The position numbers and the translations under genes are program-made. Below the pieces are notes generated by a model, which worked only from the letters and a program-made list of their open reading frames with translations, was not told the origin of the DNA and made no database searches. Of a DNA stretch of 64,000 bases, positions 38,917 through 52,715 are shown in pieces; position 1 is the first letter of the stretch, and each line of letters begins with the position of its first letter. The stretch comes from Botryllus schlosseri (lineage: Eukaryota): NCBI GenBank assembly GCA_051294905.1, contig CM119372.1, positions 15,998,001 through 16,062,000 of the forward strand. The letters run 5' to 3'.

Positions 38917-40542
38917 CTTTAGTGACTGAAGGCCTCTGTAAACAGGTTACCTTACTTTCTCACTATGAAGATATGGTTGAAAACTATGGTTGTATTTTCT
39001 TGTGCAATGCTGTGACTTTACCGATTGATTAGATACTTAAGTAATACTTGGGGTGATTTTTTTACTACTTAAAAAATTAAAGTTTTGACGTAGAAAATTA
39101 AAATTTTGACATTTATCAACCTTATAAAACTTAATTTTGACAAAATTTTGCCCGCATGTATGTAAATTAGGTGTTTTCACACTTAATGTTTATATTGTAC
39201 TACTTATCTTCATTCCTGGTTGGAGCTGTCTGTCCTTACGAAGTAGTTTGGCATGAAAAAACTTTTTTGACTTGAAAACTGATAAATTTTTACACGAAAA
39301 AAAACTATTTTATTGAAACCTGGACCTATGCAGACTCGCAGTAGTTGCATCACGCAATAAAATTTGTTGGAGTAGGCTACAACGGAATATACTAAACTAC
39401 ATTCTCGCATAAAAAGTGTCTGTTCTTTCTAAGTGGCTTGCCATGAATGGAGAAAGAGCGTTCAACGGCAGCTGTTGTTGGCTGGAAACACTGAAGTTGT
39501 GCGTACACTGCTGGTGACACACCGTGTTGCTCCATTCTGACAATGTTGTCTACGCAGTCTTGCTAAAGCTCACGGTTTCATGTTCACTTTACGGTTCAAG
39601 TCATGGGAAAAACAAAGCTATATTTACAAAGCTAAATATCTGTAAAATATAAGGGCCGATAAAAGTACCGGTGTATAAGTTTCCTACAACCTGAGAAGGA
39701 GTGTCATCATATATTTTATCCTAATGATTTGTTACAAATTTCCTTCAAGGGCTGTGATAACACTGGTCTACACATTTTTTGCGCCAGGACTTCTTTGGGT
39801 CAATTATACCTAATTTGGGGGCGCTGAATACGAATCTGACGGTATTTCTGCTCTCATCATTAATTAGTATTACGAAGTAGAAGTAGACGTAGCGGAAAAA
39901 AGATATACTTGAGTAAGAACCAGAAGTAACGGAAAACTACTTGAGCATTTCAAAAAGGTAGAAGTACTTCGTTACTGACCACCTCTGGTCACGTACCAGA
40001 GTGAACAATTGTCTTCTACATGATATAATATTAATACAATGTTTATCGTATGCAAACTTTAACGTTTTACGAAAGAGCAATGTGCTGTCAACAAAATGCA
40101 TTGACCGATTAAGTCCGCAGGAGAGATGTCTAAAGATAGATAACGTAGGGAACTAAATTAGGTTCGGAGCTACTAATCACAATCTTTAAAGGAAGAGTTA
40201 TATATAAAGATGATACCTGTTACTGACTAAAAATAGTTGCATCCACATATAAATTTATGGGTCGAAAAGAGGTCCTGATCGAAAGAAGACAGAGAACCAC
40301 TGGATTCAAGTTCACCGAAAACTCAGTTATTCTGTTCTACAACAAACCAGGTTTCATCATTATAGATGATCTCAATAACAATGTTTGATATGTTGCTGTT
40401 GTACGCTGACCGTAATGTCACCAAGGAAAGCCGAAATTTGAATAATTTATGAAAATGAGAAAAATTCATGCGGAAACAATCAGACGTGATGGAGAAATTG
40501 GGAGCACAGAATCGGATTCAGCAACCTTAAATTGGCCTAAAT

Positions 40543-42577
40543 CAGTGGTTCCCAACCTTTTTCGGTGGCAGGGCCAAATTTAGAATTTCAGAGTACGGCC
40601 GGGGCCGCACGAATACCAAGGCATAGAAAGGAACCCAAAATAGTCACCAAAATATGAAAATTGGCATTGTTCCGATCATTCGCTTGACGTCATTGGCCAT
40701 TGTGTTGCCGCGCTCCCGTTGTTCAGAACAATCAACCTTTGCTGGCTATTTCGGAGTAGTTTTATTGCCCTGGCGAGATTTCAACTCGTATTTTTAGAAT
40801 CAGTGCGACACTTGCTTTCTATAAACACCGACATATCAAATTATACGGACGCTTGGGTCGCGAGCTATAGGACTGGAAATTATGCTGCTTTTTGCCGGCT
40901 AAGCAGTACGCATCTCGGCGTATTCAATCGTGAGTCACTTGTTGCACATCTATCCGTAAATTAGTTATCAATACCAAGGGCCGTAACATCACTTTGTCAG
41001 CCCCCCCCCCCAAAAAAAACAAAAGGTTTGTCTTGGGCCCCCCCATAGGGTGATAAACAGAACTTCTAAGCCCCCAGACCTCCTCAGGCTAGATGGCTAT
41101 TAACCGCTATTTATCATCTAAATCGGGTGTCTGTTTTATGCAGCTCCTCTCGACTAATCGCGCGAAGCGCGAAAAATTTATAAAATTCATGATTGAATCG
41201 GTCAATATAATCGGAAATTGCATATATATTGGTATCAATTTTTATCCTCTCTCTGCTCACGTGATCAAATTGACCGGTTGAGCCAAGTGAGTTGTGTTTG
41301 AAAAGGTAGGACCACTCAATAATAATTAAACATCTTCGGGCGTATACCTGTTGGCAGGAACGAAACAGCACTTCGTCAGGTCCCCCAAAACACTTAGGTC
41401 TTGAGCTCCCATAGAGTGATAAACCGACCCCCTGTCCCGTTGTTCGCTTCTGCCACGAAATCAGGATCCCCGTTTAGTGAGCCAGCATGGAACGCGAAAA
41501 TTTTCGATAATTCAAAATAAAATAGGTCAATAAGATTGGCAATTGCATATATATTGCTATCAATTACTTGTCCTCTCTGCTCACGTCATCAGATTTACCG
41601 GTAGAGCTGAGTGAGGTGTCTAGGAAACTGTAGGGCCCGTAAATAATAATTAAACATATTCGGACGGGCGAACCCGTTGGTACGACTTCGTTACATGATG
41701 TTATTTGTTATTTCGTGACCTCCAGCTGCTATATCAAGAAATATAGAATCACCTGAACATACTAAACTAGAAGATGCACACAATTTCAAATTGGTAGTTC
41801 TTCACTGGCATATAATTTTTCCCTGCGGTATGGTAGCCTATTTGTCTCGTGACGTTCAGATTGCCAAGACAGGAACATTCGGCGCCAGTTATTTAGGCGC
41901 CTATGGTCAATTATACCTATATGTATTTTGAATATACATAACGAAGTTTTCGGTCGGCGTAAGGGCAGTCCTTTTCGGCCAAGGTTTTCTCGGTGCCGAT
42001 CGTCCTGGCACGCTTCTTGGAGTCGCATGTTACATGGCCTAAAACTTTATATGTCTTCGTGCGTCGTGGCGCGGTAATGGCCAACGCCGATATGCCTACT
42101 TCTATAAATCTTTGCGTATTTTATCTTTGTCGAAGAGTATAATTAAGGTACGTGGAAACTCGAAATCGCGCGAGGCGCGAAAAATCTTTGAAAAAGTTTC
42201 ATAAAATTTCATAAAATACTCTATAATTTATGCTAATTCACTAAATAATTTTAGGCCCCCTTCGAGCTCGCTCCCCAAAATTGGGGGGCTTGGGATGCGG
42301 CAGTTACGGTCCTGTCAATACCTATATCTATAGGTACTGCCCGTTCAACTGGAAAGTTAAGGCACATTGCATTGAAACAGCAGTGACGTAATCTTAGCAG
42401 TCTACTCACAACTTTCCTGCAATCCTAATTGAAAACTCCAGACTCCAAGCCAAGCAAGAGTATTTTATAAATATAATTTTTTTTCATAAATCGATTTCTC
42501 AATAATTTTTGTGGGGGCCGCAAGAAGGCTAGCTGGGGGCCGCATGCGGCCCGCAGGGCCGCGGTTGGGAATCACTG
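40543..42577. mobile_element. Charlie-type hAT MITE hosting 40976-42314
   Basis: CAGTGGTTCCCAACC...GGTTGGGAATCACTG and perfect TSD GCCTAAAT. Confidence 0.88.
40976..42314. mobile_element. Non-autonomous hAT element (family of 13998-15273)
   Basis: AAGGGCCGTAAC...GTTACGGTCCTG and perfect TSD TCAATACC. Confidence 0.88.
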
Positions 42578-43771
42578 GCCTAAATCAATCATTAAAATTT
42601 TTTGTGCAAAATTTTTTCGAAATTTGTAGGCCAGTGAAATTTATAGACTTGCAACAAATATTGAAGCGCACATTTAGTTCGAAATTTTGTTGATCATGAT
42701 AAAAATATATTCATGCTCATTTTATATTATCAGTGTTCACAAGCACAGATCACCAATAACGAAGTACTTCTACTTTTTAAAAGAACTCAATTAGTTTTCG
42801 TCTACTTGCAGTACTTAAACTGCTCAAATAAATCCAATTTTCTACCACTTCTACTTGGTCATAATATTTTGTGACTTTGTTACCGGGCATGTGTGAATTC
42901 TCTTTAACTGAGGCAAATCTGCGGCGATTAACACGTAATTTAATAAACATGTGTTGGTGGCCATTAATACGTATTTAATATTCACGAATCAAGCCGCAAG
43001 TGGTCACGCAAAATAAATAGCATAATCATAAATGAAGTTAGTCATTCCTTGAAAATGTTAATCATGATGTGCGAGACTTGTAAACCACTTTGTTACCAAC
43101 TTCGAAATCATTACCTCTCATCAATCTTAAGCTCAGCACCTGTCACAGGTATTGATCGCTATCGCTGTCAGTATGCGACGACATGCTCTACTGAGCTTTA
43201 CTGGTTTTGTAGTTTATTGTAGGTATTTTTCATACAGTTTGCGGTTCGATAGCGCGGCCTTGAGTTTTCTTTCACGTTTTGTCGTCAATTAGTATACTTC
43301 GTGACAGTGGTTCTCAACACTTACGCTAATCTACAAGCCTTCTCGGAACCCCAAATAGTCGCTGAGTGATAAGAACTGAAATCTACCGCGATATATAATC
43401 AACTTATGGTTGTCAACTGCCGAAGGTCCGGATTCTTCCAGACATGTCCGGAATTTCAGTATTTGAACTGCGTCCAGACGGAAATTCTGGATTACAGTAA
43501 GGGTGCGGAATATTGGAAAAATGTATGTTATTATGAGTTTTTTTAGGTTCCAAGCTGCCGTTCCCCTACCTGTTCTTGGTAGCGAACACCCACAGCTCGT
43601 CAAATCGCTATGTTTTAAACATGTCTGCAGCTAGCATTTGACGTTTCGGAAATGTTTATTACTATCTATTCCGAGGAGAAGCAATAGGTTTGGCTTATTC
43701 TGGTTCGGAGTTTCCTAAACTGTGAGGCTTTGAAGTGCGGCACAAACTGTTTGTTGACCAGGTGTTACAAC

Positions 43772-45060
43772 CAGAGGTGGTCAAAGTAGTCAAGAAAGCT
43801 ACTCAAGTAGAAGTAGAAGTCGCGACGGAAAAAAATCTACTGAAGTACGAGTAGAAGTACTTCCTACATAACCAACCTAAAACTACTTGAAGTAGAATTA
43901 AAATTGACTGACTTTAAATCTACTCAAGTAAGTAAGTAAGTAGTGTTGAAAACGATCGTAATTCGTTCGCATGAACTGTCAAAAGCTGCAAATGGAGCAA
44001 TGCGGAAGGTGTAGGGAGCTTGATTCATATTGATGCATCCCAGGAGGTGTCAATTTGTGATAGAATGTGCAGTCGTCTACATCATGAGATGTAAATGATA
44101 GTATTGATATGGAAATGCGATATTAATCCTTTGTTTACTGGAACACCCCTTTCAGAGAATATCATGGCATGGCTCCCTTCCCCATGTTATAAGGCCCCCA
44201 GTTCAGTCGGAGAGCGATACGGAGAAGTTGTGTCCGATACGGCTTCAACACTTTGTGCGATTAGTATACGTTAATTAATATTATGGCAATTCGTAAAAAT
44301 GCCATATAGTGTAAAGCTATATTTTCGGAAAATATAAGGCATTATTACACTTGCTTCTATACTTCAACATGTATGTTCTCCAGACAAAAGAACTGAAACT
44401 ATAATTAGAATTCCACGTATAATACTCGTATTTGAAATAAAAATACAAATACTACTTATAGCGGAAAATATATTTCATGTCTTTTGTCCAGAAAGTTTCA
44501 ACGGTGGTCTGCGAAAACAGGTCTAACTTTAAAAAGAAGTCAAAGTCCACTTTTCCAGATTAGGACACTTCATGGGCAGCAAGATATAAAAGGTAATTTC
44601 TAGATTGCGAAATGGTAGTTTCAAACGTTTTATGGGGGCCATACTTACTGTGATGAAATATTTTATATAGGCGACATTGCTGTATGAACGGAACCATGCA
44701 GCCCGGTATCTAAATTATATTCAGTAATACTTTCGTTAAAAAGATATTTTTACTCCATATCTACTGTGCGCGAAGCGCAACGAAAATTCTGGGTATTACA
44801 TGACTTTTATGAAAATTAACTGTTGGTACTACGTGAAAACAGCCCCGAAATCCCTTCGGCTATCTTTCTTATTAAGGGATTAAGCTACCTCTGCTTGACA
44901 AACTGAAAATATCGAGAAGTAAGTAAGTAGTTCACAAAATATTACCAAGTAGAAGTAGAAGTAGCAAAAAAAAATATCCACCTGAGTAAGTACCAGAAGT
45001 AGAGAAAAACTACTTGAGTAATTAGAAAAAGTAGATGTACTTCGTTACTGACCACCTCTA
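43772..45060. mobile_element. TACTT-array hAT MITE
   Basis: CAGAGGTGGTCA...TGACCACCTCTA, TSD GTTACAAC/GTTACAAT. Confidence 0.88.
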
Positions 45061-47309
45061 GTTACAATCAAGACCGTAACTATCACATCCAAAACCTCCC
45101 GGAGGGGCCAAGTTGAGCCTCAAAATTATTTCCTGAATCAACTAAAACGAAAACGTATGTTGGGACAGATTAATGCTACATTAAATTTTTCTTCGCACTT
45201 CATGCGATTCAGTTGCTATAGATCTGTTGATTTTGATACGGATACCACTCTCTCGCAAAAAATAACGTCAAAAAATAAATATCAAAGACCTAATATACTG
45301 TAATAAGTCCAGTTGCATCACTGTTTGGATGCTTCAGTCAAAGGCTATGGTTTTAAACTTAGGATGTTCGCTTGCCATTTCTTCTGGGGATCGCCCAGAT
45401 GCTGAACGTAATCACCTTCCAAAATAGGCAGTGGGCGAAGGCGAAGGCGCTGAGTATTGTTTTGCAATCAGCTTGGTGGGCAACGCAACATTTCCGAACA
45501 GGTAAACGACTCGCGACCATTGAAAGGTCAGGAATCACTGGTCTAATGGTGAACAACCAGCGGGTGCGGAGCGGCAGTTCGACTTATAGATAGTTTTCAG
45601 GGTATGGTACGGTACGGTTTGGAAGTACGGTATACGTTATGGAAAGAAATGATGATATGGAACATGGAAATGTGCAATTATGGTATGATATGGAAATTTC
45701 CACGTATGGTATGAAAATGTTTTTACATGCTCCCATACTTTGGCAGTATTTCCAAAACCATTACAATGATCTTACTTTTTTGTTAAACCGATAGCATACC
45801 TCAGAAAATCGGTCCGCTTAATGATAAAATTGTTAGGTTGTCTAAAAAAACGCTACACACCAAATTTCAGTCAATTCCGACCAGTAAAGGCCGTGCAATC
45901 TTGAATTGAAATTTCGACCATTTTTTAATTTGTGGTATTTACGGTGGCAAATTTCCACACTTCGGTATGACCAAACATCTTGTTCCAGGCATGTCTGAAG
46001 TGATAACGATGCTTTTTTTTCAGGCGCAGAGCTCTCTACCAATATCTCAGTTGATTTACTATAGTCACAGAAAGCATCAAGAGAAAACCCAATACAATTT
46101 ACGTCCCCGTATTGCCGGTCGCAGAGGTGAATTTGGAATGTGTACACCGCGCTCGAACCACGAACGAGCGTATCATCACAAGTCATGATTATGAGTTGAG
46201 TGCGTATCTTGATCTACAGCGATTCCTCTCAACGTAACTCCTAGTGTTCCACGGAACACCGATCAAGAACCTCTGCTTCATGAGCAATGTCGTTGCAATA
46301 TCGTAATATTTTAATGTGCAACTTTTGGTAACCGATGAAAATGTATAGAATTCTTTGAAGTCAGCATCATCTAAGAAGCTTCCTCTGAATATCTCAGATG
46401 CTCAGATTGCTCACAAATGCCACGCCAGTGTTGGTTTCTTGATTTACAATTAGAAATTTTCATGCGCAAGCTATTTCGCGAGCAAACAGTGATGAAACAG
46501 AAACCACACGCGCTGTTTGCGATGCGAATATATGATATCTGACGAGCTGCAGAGAAGATCCGGCGTACAGACGTATCGTTTGTGACTCTACGATGCCATC
46601 TTAGGGTCGGACGAGAAGAAATCGGAGGATTTTTATTTTCCGAGAAAATAAGTGTGGAAATATCGACCCAAACCCAAATAGAAAGTTGAAATGGTGGTGT
46701 GATCCGATAAAACAGCATCGCCAGCTCACAAAACCTCAAGGTTGGGGTCGAGTCTTGTAAGATAGGCTATTTGATTTTCTATTTGGAACATTGATGAGAA
46801 CTTTTTGAATAGGAGACCATTTCACAGTTCACGGGTACGGGCAAATTTCTCCAATGATAAATATTTTTATAAATCGGTGGTTGAATTCTTTTCCAAATGC
46901 CCAATCTCCGTCATCAGTCACGCATGCCCTAATATAGATAATACAGAGTGTCAATATAGGAATGAGACGCAGTTGGAAGTCCGTCTAACTAATTTAGCAT
47001 TACCACTGTGCAATAACACATGCATCACACTCGGAGATAATGTTGCCTTTGACTCCTCCCCGAAAGCTTTAATCGGAACAAGCAAAGGTGATGAATTCTT
47101 CTATTGGTAAATATGAGTTGAATAATTCTATTTGTGCAAAAATTATCGAGACGACAAATGTCGCATCGTCGGGAGATAACATTACCACTCTCGTTTGAGT
47201 GCCTTGGAGTTGGTTTTTATCAAAATACGCCAACCTAGTTTGTGCCAAAATAAGGATTTCGTTTACCATCTAAAAATAATACATTGAGTTAAAGCGATAA
47301 CTTCACCTC

Positions 47310-47460
47310 GAATGTTCGAACTTTCATGCTGGTGACGTCAAATGTGATGATACAATTGCTGATATACGATGTTCTTTCCAATTCTCTGCTATGCTGACTA
47401 TTACCCCTGACGAGTGTCTGCCGAAAATATTCGGGTTCATTTCAATGCGGATATATAATT
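47310..47460 (+). repeat. Solo Penelope-like terminal repeat fragment
   Basis: Collinear with ~23125-23270. Confidence 0.75.
47403..47436 (+). ncRNA. Minimal type I hammerhead ribozyme
   Basis: ACCC-CTGACGA-GTGTCTGCC-GAAA-ATAT-TC-GGGT: complete core, 4-bp stem I, palindromic AATATT stem III. Confidence 0.7.
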
Positions 47461-49485
47461 CAACTGTTATTTTGGTGGATTAGCTCGGTGACCTCTCAAT
47501 CGGTGCATGCATATGTTCGCCACTATTCATTTCTCGCAACTAGATACTTGTCATTGTCACTATATACTTACATGCAGAATTCTTGTCATAATTCCAACGA
47601 AGTTTTATACCATATGAGATTTAACATTCATTTCATTCATTACAATTATAATACCGTCGTGTCACCGGAAAGAATTGTTGGCGCGTGATGAAAAATTATA
47701 TGGTCGTCGTCTTTTCCCGTTGAGCTTGGGCTTGCAGCTGTTCATGGCTAAAATTGAGAGGGGGAACGGAAGGTTGGTGCATTCCCTTTATAAAGGCCGT
47801 CTAACTTACTTCCTGGTGTCTATTGAGAATTTGGACGCTAGCTGAATGGCTGACTTATCACTAGGGCAAGTTTTCATTGCAGTCAAATCCGTGAAAGTTG
47901 TAGTTATTTTTCACAAAAATGGCAGTAAAAATTTGCATTTATTTTTCACAAAAGTTGCACCAAGAAGTTGCATTATTGGACAAGTTCCTTGAAATTATTA
48001 GGGTATGACATACTGGAATAGATCCGTATGGAAGGCACTGTCGCAAAACTCAGTGTTTGCGACTTCAACAAAATTAATAGCTTGAAAAAATTTTCGGCAG
48101 TCTGAATGTACGTTATATCAGAAACGACCTCAAATTTATACGACAGTGAATCAAGCGATCTATTTACGTATACTGCCAAATATTTCCAGTAAAAAGTTAG
48201 TTGCATGACAAATCGGAAAAGATGCTATAATTTGCATGAAAATCAAAAAAGTTGCCAAAAATTGCAATATCAGATTACTCCAAACAGCTGAAAACACCAT
48301 ACTACATAAGTTCTGAGTATTTAGGAAAGTGTAAGAAATTGTAAAAAAAAGTTGCAAAAGTTGCAAAACTTGTCCTACTTGTCACATAAGGAGAATTACA
48401 TCGCTCATTAGCTAGTATCGCAGCTCAAACGAACGATAGGATCGTAAGAAAGATGTGTCCACAATTCCAGAAGAATTATACGTTACTCATGGTCAGCACG
48501 TTCGCCCGAACATACTCACGGCGTGTGTTGGAAGCTGTCGACTAGAGCAACGTATACAGGTCTTTTGGGCCGATTTCTATCTATATCCAACCGAATCGTG
48601 ATATCATCTCGCAGACTTCTATAATTTTTGATCCGTATATAGCCGAAGATGAAATATATTTTAAAGTAAATTATATCAGAAGGTAATTACAGACCGTGGC
48701 GCACCAGACCCTTACGGGAGATTAGCGCCACTACTACTTTTTACCATACTAATAATCAAGAAATGCTACGTGAATTCTACGTCACGCGAGATACCCGTAA
48801 CGAACTATACGTTATTCGGTTGAGACATAGCACTACCAGTCGCTTGTAGTATTCATTTTTATACTCCCGGCACTTTAATCTTCATAGTGATGGCAATACA
48901 CCAACCTCACGTTATAGGTGACGGTTTTAAATGACGCTTTACCTGATTTTGATACATTGTTCGCCGGGTTTCCCATTCCACTGTGGTCGTTTTTTCTTCC
49001 ATTTTGAAACATGAACTGAGGTGTTCAGAAACGAGCCACCGATAGCATCCGTTTAATTCGCATTTTTGTAATAGTTATTGGTATTTAATCTTCGTCTCCG
49101 CGGCCCCAAAGAATAGTCAAATGCCCCCTAGTTTGGAAACCCCGGGATTGCAGAATTGGGGTGGATCAAAAATTGGAAACGGTTGCAGAGGTAGAGTAGA
49201 GATGATTGAAAAATCTTAATCGAAATTACAAAAACTGGGCTGTGATTTTCGTCAACAAATGTAAATTTGTCCGGTGGTGCATTTGAAGTATTTGGAAGAA
49301 AATGCTTATAGTGCCCGATAAAATGATCTTCTGGATGATGTCAAATCGAATTTTCCGTAACCTTTTGGATATGTCTCATTAGTATTTTGCTTATGATTCC
49401 CGTAACCGTAGGGTCAATGACTCTCGGTAAAATGTTTATTTTGCATCGTCACATTTTCTCACATTCTATATTGAGATATGCGCAT

Positions 49486-51929
49486 TAGGGTTGTTCAGAA
49501 TTGACCGACTTTCAAAAAGTCCAGGTTTTCAGTCCGATTCCCATGCCTTATACCTTAAAAACATATTCTGGCTACTTTTTTTGTAACTCGTCCCCTGCAT
49601 CCGTGTGCACATTGAGCTGGAAGAATAGCAGCTGAAAATAGGGGATTCCCCTAAAATCTGAGTGTCACGATTATACCTAGCCTAGTTAAAGTGACATATA
49701 GCATGGATTTATGCAGCTGTTGCGGTTTGGAGTGCTACAAAACCCCATTATATAAGGCATTGCTAGTTCAGGATATCATTTCCATGTCCCACACTGCCTT
49801 AGAACTGCTCAAAACGACCTAAAACTGATAGTCATTTTGTTGGTTCACAAATCCTACACCCCTCAAACCTACCCGGCACTGTTCATCAATTTCCTGGATC
49901 CCCATGTGCAAGAATACAACTGTAAATGTAACATCCACTCACAGCCACATTATTAACATCACAGGAAACAAAAAAATAAGGCAAAGAAAGAGATCAACTT
50001 TGCAAAATATTACATAAATCAGGTGGATGAAATGGTTGCTTTCGAGAAATCTGCATATCTGTTCCGGTGATCTTCCACAGCTTGTAGGAGACTCGCTCAC
50101 TGTTTTTTGTCATCCGTTATGAACGCAGCATAGTCGGTATTCAATTTTACCATACGCTCTGCTGCATCATTGATTACTTCAACAGTATTCACAAATTCTT
50201 GAGCAGTCACGAAATCCGGATCAGTATGCCATTCCGAAACTGGAAGACTCAATTAATCATGTTCCACATGTATAGCATCAAATAGAAACCACGATTCTGG
50301 ACCAATCAAATCGACCATACTCATTGACTCAGAGACAGAGTCAGAGATCAGACTGAGAGGCATACCTCTGCGAAATTTTTCAGGGATTGGCATTTTCAGC
50401 AATTTAGCAGCCATCGCTTCCTTCAGTTTGTCAGGAATCTTTGGATTAGCCGAGAACATGGTAAATACCACCATTTCCTCAGTTGGATACCAATGATGTT
50501 TTCGCAATTTCTTGTATGCCACATCAGCAACAGTGAGATCGCATAATGAAAAGTTTTTCATGTCATGAAGGAATTTCAGATCATTCCAAGGTGCGTCACA
50601 AGCAATACCAGTTTTCAACCAAGCTGGAACATAAAACAAAGCAATGAATGTATTGATTCGTTCCAACTTTTCAATGAACTCTTCAGAATAGTCCATTTGC
50701 TCACTCCACATGAACATTTTTTGACAGTATAGGACTTGACGACTCATCCATCTAGCGCTATGAGTAGCACCAGGCTTGCGAAAACGATGATCAACATTTG
50801 TCATCCAAAATCGCCAAGGTGCCTGTTGCACATTCTCTGTAGTCATCTGTTATCAAGACTTCTTTCTGCTTTCCATCATTGGGTTTCATCAGTGGAATTA
50901 TTTCTTGCTCTGCTTCATCAGCTTTCATCGCCAACCAGCTGCCTTCAATAAACTTCAGCGTTTTATAGCTTCTTGATTTATCAATATGTTTCCACTTCTT
51001 CTTGAAGGTATTAAAATCCTGTTTTCATGGCCTGTGGTTGTCGATCCAAACAAACACTTCCAAACCTCTCGAATGACCAGTTCAGAAATATGATGGCGAC
51101 AGGCATTGTAGAAAACTTTCGTGTTAATCAATTCTTCAAGTAACGGAACCGCACCTTTGTTTTTACCAGTGTTTGAGGATGTTGTGTCAGACACAAGAGC
51201 TCTACCAGATTTTGTTAAATTCCAAAGTTCTAGCAGTTCAAATGATGCATCAGCCTGTGCTTTTCCTGTAGCACTTTCCGACTATGCTGCGTTCATAACG
51301 GATGACAAAAACAGCGAGCGAGCCTCCTACAAGCTGTGGAAGAATACCGGAACAGATATGCAGATTTCTCGAAAGCAACCATTTCATCAACCTGATTTAT
51401 GTAATATTTTACCAAGTTGATCTCTTTCTTTGCCTTATTTTTTCGTTTCCTGTGATGTTTATTATGTGGCTGTGAGTGGATGTTACATTTACAGTTGTAT
51501 TCTTGCACATGGGGATCCAGGAAATTGATGAACAGTGCCGGGTAGGTTTGAGGGATGTAGGATATGTGATCCAACAAAATCACTATCAGTTTTAGGTAGT
51601 TTTGAGCAGTTCTAAGGCAGTGTGGGACATGGAAATGATATCCTGAACTAGCAATGCCTTATATAGTGGGGTTTTGTAGCACTCCAAACCGCAACAGCTG
51701 CATAAATCCATTTTATATGTCACTTTAACTAGGCTAGGTAAAATCGTGACTCTCAGATTTTAGGGGAGTCCCCTATTTTCAGCTGCTATTCTTCCAGCTC
51801 AATGTGCACACGGGTGCAGGGGACGAGTTACAAAAAAAAGTAGCCAGAATATATTTTTAAGGTATAAGACATGGAAATCGGACTGAAAACCTGGACTTTT
51901 TGAAAGTCGGTCAATTCTGAACAACCCTA
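49486..51929 (-). mobile_element. hAT-like (probably hATm-type) transposon derivative with 652-bp inverted repeats
   Basis: 49486-50137 is inverted at 51278-51929. Perfect flanking ATGCGCAT on both sides. Confidence 0.9.
50025..51277 (-). pseudogene. 5'-truncated, frameshifted DDE transposase
   Basis: SDTTSSNTG, ACRHH, PGATHSARWM and VINDAAERMVKL motifs in order. Confidence 0.8.
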
Positions 51930-52715
51930 ATGCGCATGGTATCGATAACTCAGAGATTTTGCTTTGCGCTATTTGTCTTCTTATGCAATGACTTTGCAGT
52001 AGGTATTATCGCCGTTGTAGATGCATTTTGGGAAGCCGATGATTTCTGTTTTAAAAGTCCGCTCAATTTCTTGTAGTCCGTACCATTATAAACGATTAAC
52101 TATTTCGCGGAGAATGCCGTAAATGTCACTCGCATCCAGTGGCCAATTTCCTTGGCATAGCCATCATTAAAATGACTTGACTTCTTACCTGGAGCTGCAT
52201 CAATACTGCTTTTGCTTCTGAGAAATTGATCGGTAACTTCATGTTAAAAATTTCCTAAGAATCTATTTATTTCGGTGGAAGTAAAAGGTATCAACAGGGA
52301 ATTAATGGTTATTTTTGTCGGTGTCGATACCAATAATGTGCCAAGTGGCATATAGTAAACGGTTTCGCTTGTTTGATCACTATTTTGCAAGCCTTTCAAT
52401 TGCTTATCTATATGCAAGCCGTATAATCATTTTGTTGGTAAGTAAATATTGTTAGTGGAATTAACATCGAATGCTATGTGCAAGTCTTATTATAAAATAA
52501 AAGCGACGGGTCAAACTGACCGCACAAATCACTAGTCTAACCCTTGCCATGCACCTGATCTTGCGGACAGGTTTATAGTGCCAACTGACTTCACAAATAA
52601 ATAAATGCCGTTTGTAATGAAATTTGGTAGTGATTTATCATATGATTCAATTGCACCCAAACATGGTCAGCAACAACTATTTATACTTTTTCGTGCTAAT
52701 CGACATGGTTTAGTC

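Noticed and set aside
51121..51583. ORFs of 99 and 96 aa
   Set aside because: By-products of the transposase antisense strand and the duplicated arm.
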